In this document: positions 9,501 to 20,128 of the stretch, piece after piece
How positions within the stretch are numbered: the stretch's first letter is position 1
Layout of the letters: every line of letters begins with the position of its first letter
From: Aquifex aeolicus VF5
GTDB lineage: Bacteria; Aquificota; Aquificia; Aquificales; Aquificaceae
Direction of reading: 5' to 3'
DNA: 32,000 nt
Assembly: GCF_000008625.1 (NCBI RefSeq)
Contig: NC_000918.1
Location: 930,001-962,000, forward strand
Made by a program: the position numbers and the translations under genes
The notes under the pieces: model-generated
Told to the model about the DNA's origin: nothing
What the model saw: the letters and a program-made list of their open reading frames with translations, nothing else
The model's database searches: none

Positions 9501-9925
9501 ACCATATCCTCCAAGCTTTCTATTACTTTAATAATATCCTCTAAAGGTGTTTCTCTATCAACGGTGAGTATAACGTTTTTGGCGTCAACTTTTCCCACAG
9601 ATATTTTAGGGATTTCCTCTTCCCACTTAAAGCCTTCAAGGATGACTATATCGCAGTCCGAGAAAAACCTCTTTACTATTTCCAGAGGCTTGAACTCTCC
9701 CCATTCCCAGTAGGTAACTCTGTTAGGAGAAAGGAGAGCCAGTTTCTCAACGAGTTTTGAAATCCTGTGTGTGTCAGACCCCTCCTTGTCCGTAACTCCG
9801 TGCCCTTTGGGGTCGTGCTTCAGATAACACACCCTGTAACCTTTTTCCTTCAGTTTCGGGATTAACCTCTCTATGAGAGTAGTTTTCCCTACGTTGTGCT
9901 TCCCTACGAAAGCAATTACTTTCAT
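9497..9925 (-). CDS. mobB: Molybdopterin-guanine dinucleotide biosynthesis protein B (GTP-binding)
   Basis: Walker A GKHNVGKTTL at N-terminus, LKHDPKGHG, VILEGFKWEEEIPKI; 142 aa; AGGAG upstream. Confidence 0.88.
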   Translation of the reverse strand: MKVIAFVGKHNVGKTTLIERLIPKLKEKGYRVCYLKHDPKGHGVTDKEGSDTHRISKLVEKLALLSPNRVTYWEWGEFKPLEIVKRFFSDCDIVILEGFKWEEEIPKISVGKVDAKNVILTVDRETPLEDIIKVIESLEDMV

Positions 9926-9954
9926 ATTTTTCTCCTATAAAATGTATTTTTACT

Positions 9955-10638
9955 ATGATACCCATAAAAGATGTAAATCCCTCCAGAACTTTTCCCATAG
10001 TTAACTTAAGCATAATAGTTGCGTGTTCGTTGATATGGCTTTACGAATGGAGTCTTACGGACGAGGTTATATACACCTTTCAGGGGGCGGTTACGAAGTT
10101 TGAACTCTTCTTAAGGGAATGGGGACTCGTGCCGGTGGAACTTCCTCAGAAGCCTTACACTCTACTCACACACATGTTCCTCCACGGTAGCTGGGGACAC
10201 ATCATCGGGAACATGTGGTTCTTGTGGGTCTTTGGTGATAACGTTGAGGACAAACTCGGGAAGTTCAGGTACATAATCTTTTACATTCTTTGCGGACTCG
10301 GTGCTGCTCTGACGCAAACCTTTATAAGTCTTGCTTTTGGCGGTGCAAACGTCCCCATGGTCGGGGCAAGCGGTGCGATTAGCGGAGTTCTGGGAGCTTA
10401 CATGAAGATGTTTCCCCACGCAAGGGTTCTTGCATTAGTTCCAGTATTCATATTCCTGACTCTTATGGAACTTCCCGCGGTTATTTTCATAGGTCTGTGG
10501 TTCTTTATTCAGATAATTAACGGTATAATTACACTTCCCTTTATAGGCTACGGAGGAGTAGCTTGGTACGCCCACATAGGCGGTTTCATAACGGGCTACC
10601 TGCTGGTTGATTACTTCAGGAAAAGGAGTTATTCCTAA
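9955..10638 (+). CDS. Rhomboid-family intramembrane serine protease
   Basis: 227 aa, multi-TM; LLTHMFLHGSWGHIIGNMWFLWVFG, GASGAISGVLGAY (catalytic GxSG), C-terminal HIGGFITG. Confidence 0.93.
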   Translation: MIPIKDVNPSRTFPIVNLSIIVACSLIWLYEWSLTDEVIYTFQGAVTKFELFLREWGLVPVELPQKPYTLLTHMFLHGSWGHIIGNMWFLWVFGDNVEDKLGKFRYIIFYILCGLGAALTQTFISLAFGGANVPMVGASGAISGVLGAYMKMFPHARVLALVPVFIFLTLMELPAVIFIGLWFFIQIINGIITLPFIGYGGVAWYAHIGGFITGYLLVDYFRKRSYS

Positions 10639-12929
10639 AACTCCACTTCCTCGTAATTCAGAATTTCTTCCAGTATCTCCTTCTTCTTCATCCTTATTGC
10701 CTTGTTTCCCAATAGGTAGAGCCCTGTGGCGAAGAGTATCCTGTCGTCTACGAGGATGCCTTCCTTGTTCCTTTTGAGAAGGTTTAAAACTGCCTTTGCT
10801 TCCCTCTTTGCGTTTTCCGAATACCTTTCTTCCTTGTACCTTTCTTCCATAAGGATTTCGTATAGGGCTTTTTGTATGGAACTTTCACTCGGAAACTCCG
10901 AAAGGAGATTTTGTATGAGTTCCTCTGTAGGAGAGCCTATTTCTGGAACTTTAACGTTGTTGTAGTAAAGTAGCTTTTTAAGCAGGTTTGCCCTTATGTG
11001 TCCCGCACCTTTTAATCCTCCTAGAGAGCTGTAATCCGTGGTCAAACCGTATTTTACCGAGTGTGCTATTTTCAAGAAATCTTTTAGGGAAAGGTCTAAG
11101 TCGCCGATTTTCTTTATTTCAATCATTGTTCTTATGAGGTGAAGGACGTCCGTACCGAGGTAAGAAAACTCTCCGGGCGGGTTTTTCACGTTCTTGTACT
11201 TGAACGTTAATCCTTCTACGTAAAAGAGGAATTGGTGGGTGTTGTCCTTTAAACACTCGCTTCCGCATGTCAGGAGTTTTTCCCTTACGTACATGTCGTC
11301 TTCAAGGAAGGTGTCTCCCTTTTTTACGAAATCGTAAAGTCCGTCAAACTTCTTCGTAAAGAGAAGTGGTCTTATGTAAACGATTTCTTCAAGTCCCAAG
11401 TATTTTCTCCTCAGGAATTCCTCGTAATTAATTGGTGGCATTCCCGAACGGACGCAGAACAGTGCCTTGTCGCTTAACTTTCCCTTTTCTATGTAACCCT
11501 TATCTTTTAACCACTCGTACACCTCGTCAATCTGAGGTGAGTAGGCGAGTTCCTTTAAAGAGTACGTCCTTTCCAGAAACTTTCTAAAGTTTTCCCCCTC
11601 ATAGAGAAAACCTACAAGTATAAATAGGCTGAGTACTTTCAGTTTTTCCTCAGAAAGGAAGACTTCTCTAAGGTAAGGTTTGAACTCTTCCTTTAGCTTT
11701 TCCGAGAGAGCTTTAGCGAGGTTTTCCTCCTTTGCCCCGTAAGGGAGTATGTAGGAGTATCCTTTTTCTTTAATACCGAGTCTTCCGGCCCTTCCCTCCA
11801 TCTGGAGAATGTCAAGAACGTCGGGGAAGAACTTTCTCTGTCTTCTTTCCCTGTCGTAAAAGGAGCGAACGCTTATTATTACCGTATCCGCTGGCAGATT
11901 TACACCGTAGGCAAGGGTGGACGTGGCAACGAGAACCGGCAGTTTTCCCTCCCTGAAGGCTTTTTCTATCTCGTCCCTCTCCTCTTTCGGGACGTCCGCG
12001 TTGTGAAAGGCGAGTTCTACCTCTTCCCTTTCCTCTTTTTCAAAAGGAGTGGTTTCGTTCATTATCCCTATCTTTTCCCTGTTTGCGATTTCAAGTACGT
12101 TCCAGCCCACGCTTTTTTTGTGGACAAAGAGTATTACCTGCTCATCGGGTTTCTTTAAGGTGTAAAGTGCTCCCAGAAGCTTGTTAGCGATTTTTTCGTC
12201 CTGAGTTGCCCCCTTCGGAAGTTTAGTAAATTCCTCAAACTTGATTAGGGGAATTATCTTTCTTTCCAGGGGTACGGGTCTCCATCGGGATTCTATGAAG
12301 AGTTCAGCCTTTATCCACTTGGCAAGTTGCTCAGCGCCCGGAAGTGTGGCGGAAAGCCCGAGTATTTCATAATTCCCGTCAAGGAGAAAAGTTATTATCT
12401 CTTCCAGTATCCATCCCCTGCTTCCCATAAGCTGGTGAATTTCGTCTATGACTACACCTCTCGCTTCCTCTATCCAGCTTGCCCTGTTCCTTAGAGCAAG
12501 GGCTAAGCTCTCGTAAGTGGCAACCACAACCTCGCTTTTTATTTCTTTGTAAAGTTCAAAAACCTCTCCGGTTCTGACTTCTACTTTTTTTCTGAATAAT
12601 TCCCTCAGTTCACTTGCCTTTTCGTAAACGAGGGAACGGGTGGGTGCCGTGAAAACCTTTATTCCTTCTTTTCCCCTTAAAAATAAGAAGGCTGTCAGAC
12701 TCTTTCCCGCAGACGTGGGAGCGCTGACGAGTGCATTCCCGCCTTCGTACTCTTTATAAAAAAGTGTCTGTATGGGGTTTAAAAGCTCATAAGGTATTCT
12801 TTCATCCACTTCTTTTCCCTTTATCAGTTCTTCCGTTTTTGGTCTCCCGCTTACCTTTTTGTAAACGAGCTTTCCCGAAGGTGGGTTTATCTTGAACTCG
12901 GATTTCTCAAGAACGATGAAGTGTTTCAT
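10635..12929 (-). CDS. Ski2/Hel308-like superfamily 2 DExH helicase
   Basis: 764 aa; SAPTSAGKSL (motif I), VVIDEIHQL (motif II), LSATLPG (III), ATSTLAYGVNLPA (V), LQMEGRAGR (VI). Confidence 0.92.
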   Translation of the reverse strand: MKHFIVLEKSEFKINPPSGKLVYKKVSGRPKTEELIKGKEVDERIPYELLNPIQTLFYKEYEGGNALVSAPTSAGKSLTAFLFLRGKEGIKVFTAPTRSLVYEKASELRELFRKKVEVRTGEVFELYKEIKSEVVVATYESLALALRNRASWIEEARGVVIDEIHQLMGSRGWILEEIITFLLDGNYEILGLSATLPGAEQLAKWIKAELFIESRWRPVPLERKIIPLIKFEEFTKLPKGATQDEKIANKLLGALYTLKKPDEQVILFVHKKSVGWNVLEIANREKIGIMNETTPFEKEEREEVELAFHNADVPKEERDEIEKAFREGKLPVLVATSTLAYGVNLPADTVIISVRSFYDRERRQRKFFPDVLDILQMEGRAGRLGIKEKGYSYILPYGAKEENLAKALSEKLKEEFKPYLREVFLSEEKLKVLSLFILVGFLYEGENFRKFLERTYSLKELAYSPQIDEVYEWLKDKGYIEKGKLSDKALFCVRSGMPPINYEEFLRRKYLGLEEIVYIRPLLFTKKFDGLYDFVKKGDTFLEDDMYVREKLLTCGSECLKDNTHQFLFYVEGLTFKYKNVKNPPGEFSYLGTDVLHLIRTMIEIKKIGDLDLSLKDFLKIAHSVKYGLTTDYSSLGGLKGAGHIRANLLKKLLYYNNVKVPEIGSPTEELIQNLLSEFPSESSIQKALYEILMEERYKEERYSENAKREAKAVLNLLKRNKEGILVDDRILFATGLYLLGNKAIRMKKKEILEEILNYEEVEF

Positions 12930-12989
12930 TCTAAATTAATATTAACCCTGACATGGAAACTCTCTTCCTTTTGTCTATAATTTATATGC

Positions 12990-13805
12990 ATGTTTAACTT
13001 TACCGAGGAGCAAATTAAGAGGTACGCCCGTCACATAATCCTCCCAGAAGTCGGAGGAAAGGGACAGGCTAAACTCCTCCAATCTAAAGTGCTCGTTATA
13101 GGAGCCGGGGGACTGGGTTCTCCCGCACTATACTACCTCGCCGCTGCGGGTGTTGGAACTATAGGAATAGTTGACTTTGACGTTGTAGACTTTTCAAACC
13201 TACAGAGGCAGATACTCCACACGACAGAAAGGGTCGGAACTCCCAAGGTGGAGAGTGCAAAAAAGACTTTGGAAGCCCTTAACCCAGACGTTAAAGTTAT
13301 TACGTACAACACAAAGATAAATAAAAACAACGTAATGGACATTATTAAGGACTACGACGTCATTCTCGACGGGACAGATAACTTCCCCACGAGGTTTTTA
13401 ATAAACGACGCCTGTTACTTTGCAGGGAAACCCCTTGTTTCCGCTGCCATGCTGAGATTTGAGGGGCAGTGCACCGTTTTTGACTTTAGGGACAAGGAAA
13501 ACTCTCCCTGTTACAGGTGCTTATTCCCCGAACCGCCACCGCCTGGGCTCGTGCCCTCCTGTCAGGAAGCGGGAATTCTCGGTTCTGTTGGCGGAATTAT
13601 GGGAAGCATACAGGCAACCGAAGCGATAAAGCTCCTCCTCGGAATAGGCGAACCCTTAGTGGGTAAGCTCCTCATAATGGATGCTCTATCTATGGACTTT
13701 AGAAAGGTAAAACTCAGGAAAGATCCAAAGTGTCCCCTTTGCGGAGAAAATCCAAAGATAAAGGAACTCATAGAGTACGACCAGAGCTGTGAAGTGAGGT
13801 TTTAA
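12990..13805 (+). CDS. MoeB/ThiF-family E1-like sulfur-carrier adenylyltransferase
   Basis: 271 aa; RYARHIILPEVGGKGQAKL, VIGAGGLGSPALYYLAAAG, DGTDNFPTRFLIND, zinc Cys pairs CYRC and CPLC. Confidence 0.93.
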   Translation: MFNFTEEQIKRYARHIILPEVGGKGQAKLLQSKVLVIGAGGLGSPALYYLAAAGVGTIGIVDFDVVDFSNLQRQILHTTERVGTPKVESAKKTLEALNPDVKVITYNTKINKNNVMDIIKDYDVILDGTDNFPTRFLINDACYFAGKPLVSAAMLRFEGQCTVFDFRDKENSPCYRCLFPEPPPPGLVPSCQEAGILGSVGGIMGSIQATEAIKLLLGIGEPLVGKLLIMDALSMDFRKVKLRKDPKCPLCGENPKIKELIEYDQSCEVRF

Positions 13806-15002
13806 GTGAAAAAACTCCTTTCCCTTGAGAACCTCACGCTCCTTTCCCTAATCCTTGCCGTCTTTTTTGGTATTTACTTTAAAGAAATAGCCCTGAATAT
13901 CAAACTCTTCGGGGACGTTTTCTTAAGTCTCCTGAAAATGATAATAGTCCCCCTCGTTTTTACCTCCGTTTTCACCGCCATACTAAACCTTGAGAGTCTG
14001 GCAAAATTCAGGGATCTGGGTTTAAAAGCCTTTTTATACTACTTCACGACCACGGGAATGGCGGTTTTTACGGGACTTGTTCTCGTGAACATAATACAGC
14101 CGGGAAAGGGTGCAAGCGGAGTAAGTGCAAAACCTGAAGAAATCCCGAAGGTTCAGGAGTTTTCTCTTGAGAACTTAATTCTCGGACTTATTCCCCAGAA
14201 TCCCTTTGAGGCTTTTTCTGAAGGAAAGGTTCTCCAGATTATAGTTTTCGCGGTCTTTATAGGACTTGCTGTTCTGACTATAGATAAGTTCAAACAGGAA
14301 ATAATAAAGAACTTCTTTGAGGGTTTTAACGAAGCCCTAATACGACTGACAAAGTGGGTTATAGTCTTAACTCCCGTGGGAGTTTTTGCCCTTGTTTCTT
14401 ATCTGATAGCAAAGGTGGGGTATCAGGTTCTTATTTCCCTGTGGGAATACGCACTAACCGTTTTGCTCGGCCTGCTCATACACGCCTTCGTAAATCTTCC
14501 ATTAATTGCCTACATATTCGGAAGGTACAATCCCTACAAGTACTTTATACAGGTGAGGGAAGCCCTGCTTCTTGCATTTTCCACTGCATCCAGCGCTGCA
14601 ACGCTTCCTGTCTCCCTTGAACTTGCAATCGAAAGGGGAAAGGTAAAAAAGGAAGTGGCTGGCTTTGTCCTGCCCTTGGGAGCTACCATAAACATGGACG
14701 GCACGGCCCTTTACGAGTCGGTGGCAGCTGTTTACATCGCAAACCTTTACGGAATAGACCTCTCAATCTCTCAAATGGTTACGATATTCCTGACCGCGAC
14801 GCTTGCCTCTATCGGTGCTGCGGCAATTCCCGGAGCGGGTTTAGTTCTCCTGACTTTAGTCCTCAGTTCCGTAGGGATTCCTTTAGAAGGTATAGGACTC
14901 ATAATCGCAGTTGACAGGTTTCTGGACATGCTGAGAACTGCGGTAAACGTCTGGGGTGACCTGAACGGAGCTAAGATTCTGAATAGGTACGTAAACAGCT
15001 AA
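13806..15002 (+). CDS. Dicarboxylate/amino acid:cation symporter, DAACS family (GTG start)
   Basis: 398 aa; AFSTASSAATLPVSLE, PLGATINMDGTALYE, DRFLDMLRTAVNVWGDLNGA. Confidence 0.94.
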   Translation: MKKLLSLENLTLLSLILAVFFGIYFKEIALNIKLFGDVFLSLLKMIIVPLVFTSVFTAILNLESLAKFRDLGLKAFLYYFTTTGMAVFTGLVLVNIIQPGKGASGVSAKPEEIPKVQEFSLENLILGLIPQNPFEAFSEGKVLQIIVFAVFIGLAVLTIDKFKQEIIKNFFEGFNEALIRLTKWVIVLTPVGVFALVSYLIAKVGYQVLISLWEYALTVLLGLLIHAFVNLPLIAYIFGRYNPYKYFIQVREALLLAFSTASSAATLPVSLELAIERGKVKKEVAGFVLPLGATINMDGTALYESVAAVYIANLYGIDLSISQMVTIFLTATLASIGAAAIPGAGLVLLTLVLSSVGIPLEGIGLIIAVDRFLDMLRTAVNVWGDLNGAKILNRYVNS

Positions 15003-15013
15003 AATTAAGAGGT

Positions 15014-16060
15014 ATGCAAACATTACTGTACATTCTGTTTTTATTATTCCTTTTTTCCTGTTCAAAAACGGAGGAGAAAAAAACTCCCCAAGCGAGGAAA
15101 ATACAGGTATCCGTCGTAGAAGTTAAAAGAGAAAAGGTAGTTGTAAGCGTTCCTTTCAAAGGAGTCCTGAAGGCGGTAAAAGAAGCCGAGCTCTCATCTC
15201 AGGAGCCCGGAGTTTTAACAAGACTATACAAAAGGGAAGGGGAGTACGTAAAAAAGGGAGAAGTGCTTGCACAGGTGGAAAGCAATCTTGCAAAGGAAAG
15301 CTACAGGAAAGTTTTAAACCAGTTAAAAGAAGTTGAAAAGCAAGTAGAACTCCAGAAAAAGATTTACGAAAGGAGAAAGAAACTCTTTGAAAGGGAGTTA
15401 ATATCTAAGGAAGAGTACGAAAGGGAAAAGTACAAACTTGAAGAATTAATCCAGCGAAAAAAAGCCCTTGAAAGCGAACTGAAGTACTTTAAAGAAAAAG
15501 TAAGGAGACACTATGTAAGAGCTCCTTTTGATGGATACATTACTGAAAGGTACAAAAACATGGGTGATTACGTTACTCCCCAGACTCCCGTGTTCAGGCT
15601 GATAAACCTTGGAGAGCTTGAATTTTCCTTTAAAGTCCCCGCAAGATACGTTTCCCTTCTGAAAAAAGGAAAAGAATTAAATGTGGAGCTTGAAAATGGT
15701 AAGAATGTAAAGGGAAGAGTTTACTTTATCTCCGAAAGGGGTGACGAGAACAATCAATTTCTTGTAAAACTTTTAATAAATAACGAAGAAGGAAAGTTAA
15801 AGGCAGGAACGTTCGGGTTTGCGGAGGTACCAGTTAGGGAGGTTTACGCCTTTAAGGTTCCCGAGGACGCTGTTATCCTTCAAGGGAACAAAAAAATAAT
15901 CTGGGTCCTTGAAGGGAACAGGGTAAGGTCAAGGGAGGTCGAAGTAATATTCATAAATGGTGGATACGCCTACGTTGAAGGAGACCTGAAAGACGGCGAT
16001 AAAGTGGTTACGGAAAACACATTTTTATTGAAAGAAGGAGCTGAGGTAGTGGTGAGATGA
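15014..16060 (+). CDS. Efflux periplasmic adaptor (HlyD/AcrA-like membrane fusion) lipoprotein
   Basis: 348 aa; lipobox-like LFLFSCS; EGEYVKKGEVLAQVES, coiled-coil hairpin, RAPFDGYITERYKNMGDYVTPQTPVFRL. Confidence 0.9.
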   Translation: MQTLLYILFLLFLFSCSKTEEKKTPQARKIQVSVVEVKREKVVVSVPFKGVLKAVKEAELSSQEPGVLTRLYKREGEYVKKGEVLAQVESNLAKESYRKVLNQLKEVEKQVELQKKIYERRKKLFERELISKEEYEREKYKLEELIQRKKALESELKYFKEKVRRHYVRAPFDGYITERYKNMGDYVTPQTPVFRLINLGELEFSFKVPARYVSLLKKGKELNVELENGKNVKGRVYFISERGDENNQFLVKLLINNEEGKLKAGTFGFAEVPVREVYAFKVPEDAVILQGNKKIIWVLEGNRVRSREVEVIFINGGYAYVEGDLKDGDKVVTENTFLLKEGAEVVVR

Positions 16061-17304
16061 GTGGTGAGATGAGAGTAATTTGGGTAATCCTTTTCCTTTT
16101 TACTTTTTCCTTCCCGCTTACCTTGGAAGAAGCGGTAAGTATAGCCTTGAAAAACGTAACAGATGTCAAGCTTTCACGTTACGAACTGAAAAAGCTCGAC
16201 TACGAGATAAAGAAAGCGCTTTCTGGCATACTGCCGAAGGTGACGGGTTCTTACTCTTACTTAAGGCTGGACGATTCCCTCGTTTACGGATTTGCCTTGA
16301 GGGACAGGCAAAGTTACGACATTACGCTTTCTCAAACTATTTTCAACAAAGCAATTTTTGACAGTATCTCCCTTGCCAAAAGCCAGAAGGAACTCCAGAA
16401 CTTAATACTTGAGGATGTAAAAAGGGAAGTTGTCTACAGAGTTAAAGACATGTACTACGCAATTCTCTACAAGTGGACGGTTGTTGAGTTAAAAAAGGAA
16501 AACCTGAAATACTGGGAGGAGTACTTAAAGACTGTTGAAGAGAAGTATAAGGCGGGGATACTCCCGAAGGTTGAGTACGTAAGGGCTAAGGCTCAGTTTG
16601 AAAACGCAAAGGCGGAGCTCGCACAGGCAAGAGCGGACTACGAGAAATCAATAGAAAACTTTAAAGCTTTTTTAAAACTTGAAAAAACTCCTGAGTTCAT
16701 GGGAAAATTAGAAGTAAACCTGAATGAAGACTTTTCTGAGGAAAAACTTTTAGAGTTCCTTGAGAAAAACAACTCCACCTTGAAGGTAGCAAAGGCGAGG
16801 ATAGAAGTGGCAAAGAAAACCTACAACTTGTCAAAGGCGGATTATTATCCTACCCTTGACGCTTACCTTACTTACGAGGGTTACACGACGAGAAAGAGCC
16901 TCTTCGGAGGAAAGGAATGGGTTAAGGGCTATACTTTCGGTATCAGTTTGAACTACAAGTTTTTTGACGGGTTTGCGAGAGAGGCGGAAGTTGCCCAGAG
17001 GAAGGTAGATATCTTTCAGGAGAAAGAAAGGTTTAAAGATACGTTTTTTAACGTAAAGAGGGACTTAAAGAACGCCCTCCTCGAAATAAAGTCCCTGAAG
17101 GAACGAATAAAGGCTGTGAAGCTCTCCCTTGAAGCGGCAAAGGAGACTTTAAAGCTCGCCACGGAAAGGCACAAAGAAGGTATTGGAACGTACCTTGAGG
17201 TTTTAGACGCAAGGAGGAATTACAACGACACTTTAGATACTCTACACTTTTTGACTTACAGGTATATGAGCACGCTCGCCTTAATAGAACGCTTAACCAG
17301 ATGA
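16057..17304 (+). CDS. TolC-family outer membrane efflux protein
   Basis: 415 aa; signal peptide, LTLEEAVSIAL start, internal repeat, long helices, EGIGTYLEVLDARRNYND; 4-nt overlap with adaptor gene. Confidence 0.92.
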   Translation: MSGEMRVIWVILFLFTFSFPLTLEEAVSIALKNVTDVKLSRYELKKLDYEIKKALSGILPKVTGSYSYLRLDDSLVYGFALRDRQSYDITLSQTIFNKAIFDSISLAKSQKELQNLILEDVKREVVYRVKDMYYAILYKWTVVELKKENLKYWEEYLKTVEEKYKAGILPKVEYVRAKAQFENAKAELAQARADYEKSIENFKAFLKLEKTPEFMGKLEVNLNEDFSEEKLLEFLEKNNSTLKVAKARIEVAKKTYNLSKADYYPTLDAYLTYEGYTTRKSLFGGKEWVKGYTFGISLNYKFFDGFAREAEVAQRKVDIFQEKERFKDTFFNVKRDLKNALLEIKSLKERIKAVKLSLEAAKETLKLATERHKEGIGTYLEVLDARRNYNDTLDTLHFLTYRYMSTLALIERLTR

Positions 17305-18198
17305 GGCTTCCACTTTTTCCCTCAACCTACAGACGGGGCAAATCTCTCCGACAGTGGGCTCTCCGCACACTTTGCAGGGCTGGAGTTCTTTTTTCTCCTC
17401 TTCTTTCCTGAACTTGGGGTATATCTTCCTGAGGTAGTCGAGGTAAAACCTCAATTTCGTTCCGGGAGAGCGTTCTTCTATTTCGTTTAGTATTTTCTTG
17501 TAAAAAACGGAGGTTGCGTCTTCCGAGAAGGGACACTCTTCCTCAATAAAGTCTATGCCGTTTAGGAGGGCGTAAAGTGCAGTTTCCTTTTCCGTGAACT
17601 TGCAGAAAGGCTTTACTTTCCTCACAAATCCTGCTTCCTCTTCCAGAACGGGGTATTTCCTTCCCAAGTACTTTTCGTTCCAGTTGAGGACGTTTGCAAG
17701 AAGGGCACTTGCCTCGTCGTCCAGGTTGTGTCCCGTGGCTATCACATTGTAGCCGTGTTCTTTTGCTACTTTGTTGAAGTTGTACCTCTTTACGAGTCCA
17801 CACACGGAGCACGCTTCCCTTGATGTTATCTTTACGAGTTCTGGTATACCTGCAAGTTCCTCTTTAAGGTCAACTATTATCGCCTTCCCGTTAATCTTTT
17901 CGGCGAACTTTAAGACCTTCTCCTTTGACTTTTCGGAGTACTCACCTATACCGAGGTTTATGTAAAGTCCGTCTGCTTCGTATCCGAGCTTTCTCAATAC
18001 ATGCCAAAGGGCTAAACTGTCCTTCCCTCCAGAAATAGCAACGAGAACTTTATCCTTCTTTGTGAACATCTTAAACTCTTTTATGGTTCTCTCCGTGTAC
18101 TTTTCAAACCACTCTACAAAGTGCTCCCTGCAAAGGGCGAGCCTGTGGTGAGGCATGTATATTATCGCTTTCTTTCCGCAAATCCTGCACTTCTTCAT
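17293..18198 (-). CDS. ttuA: TtuA/Ncs6-type tRNA 2-thiolation PP-loop ATPase
   Basis: 301 aa; N-terminal CRIC...CREH and C-terminal CKVC...CPVC zinc fingers, SGGKDSLAL PP-loop, CSVCG and ATGHNLDDEA. Confidence 0.85.
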   Translation of the reverse strand: MKKCRICGKKAIIYMPHHRLALCREHFVEWFEKYTERTIKEFKMFTKKDKVLVAISGGKDSLALWHVLRKLGYEADGLYINLGIGEYSEKSKEKVLKFAEKINGKAIIVDLKEELAGIPELVKITSREACSVCGLVKRYNFNKVAKEHGYNVIATGHNLDDEASALLANVLNWNEKYLGRKYPVLEEEAGFVRKVKPFCKFTEKETALYALLNGIDFIEEECPFSEDATSVFYKKILNEIEERSPGTKLRFYLDYLRKIYPKFRKEEEKKELQPCKVCGEPTVGEICPVCRLREKVEASSG

Positions 18199-18218
18199 AA
18201 GAAAATGAATATAAGTAT

Positions 18219-18461
18219 TTAAACTTCGAAGAGTTTAATCAAACAATCTCTGCAGGGTTTATCTCCTCTGTTTGTAAGCCTTGCGATTTCGAGCCTCGCC
18301 TCTTCAATAGGAAGACACTCCTTCTCTTCTCTCGCACCTTCGTAAGACTGGTTTCCACAAAGGGAGACTTCTTCACATTTACAAACTGCTTCGGAGAGCT
18401 CTTCACACTTAAAGACGTGAACCTCTCCCGTATCGCTTATCCTGAGGGAGTACCTGTCCAT
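18219..18461 (-). CDS. Small Cys-rich hypothetical protein
   Basis: 80 aa with 7 Cys, last pair CRDC; tight intergenic gaps to pyrG and ttuA on the same strand. Confidence 0.65.
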   Translation of the reverse strand: MDRYSLRISDTGEVHVFKCEELSEAVCKCEEVSLCGNQSYEGAREEKECLPIEEARLEIARLTNRGDKPCRDCLIKLFEV

Positions 18462-18473
18462 TTTTTACCTCCT

Positions 18474-20078
<1,605 letters not shown>

Positions 20079-20128
20079 TTATCCTACAACGAGGTTTAAC
20101 GGACAAGTTTTGAAGTAGAATCTTTGAA

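Noticed and set aside
49-9713. Numerous short antisense or out-of-frame ORFs within the nuo operon and ispD region, such as 508..720, 1573..1938, 3489..3695, 4124..4354 and 7191..7373
   Set aside because: Embedded in strong conserved genes, with no recognisable domain; best explained as shadow ORFs.
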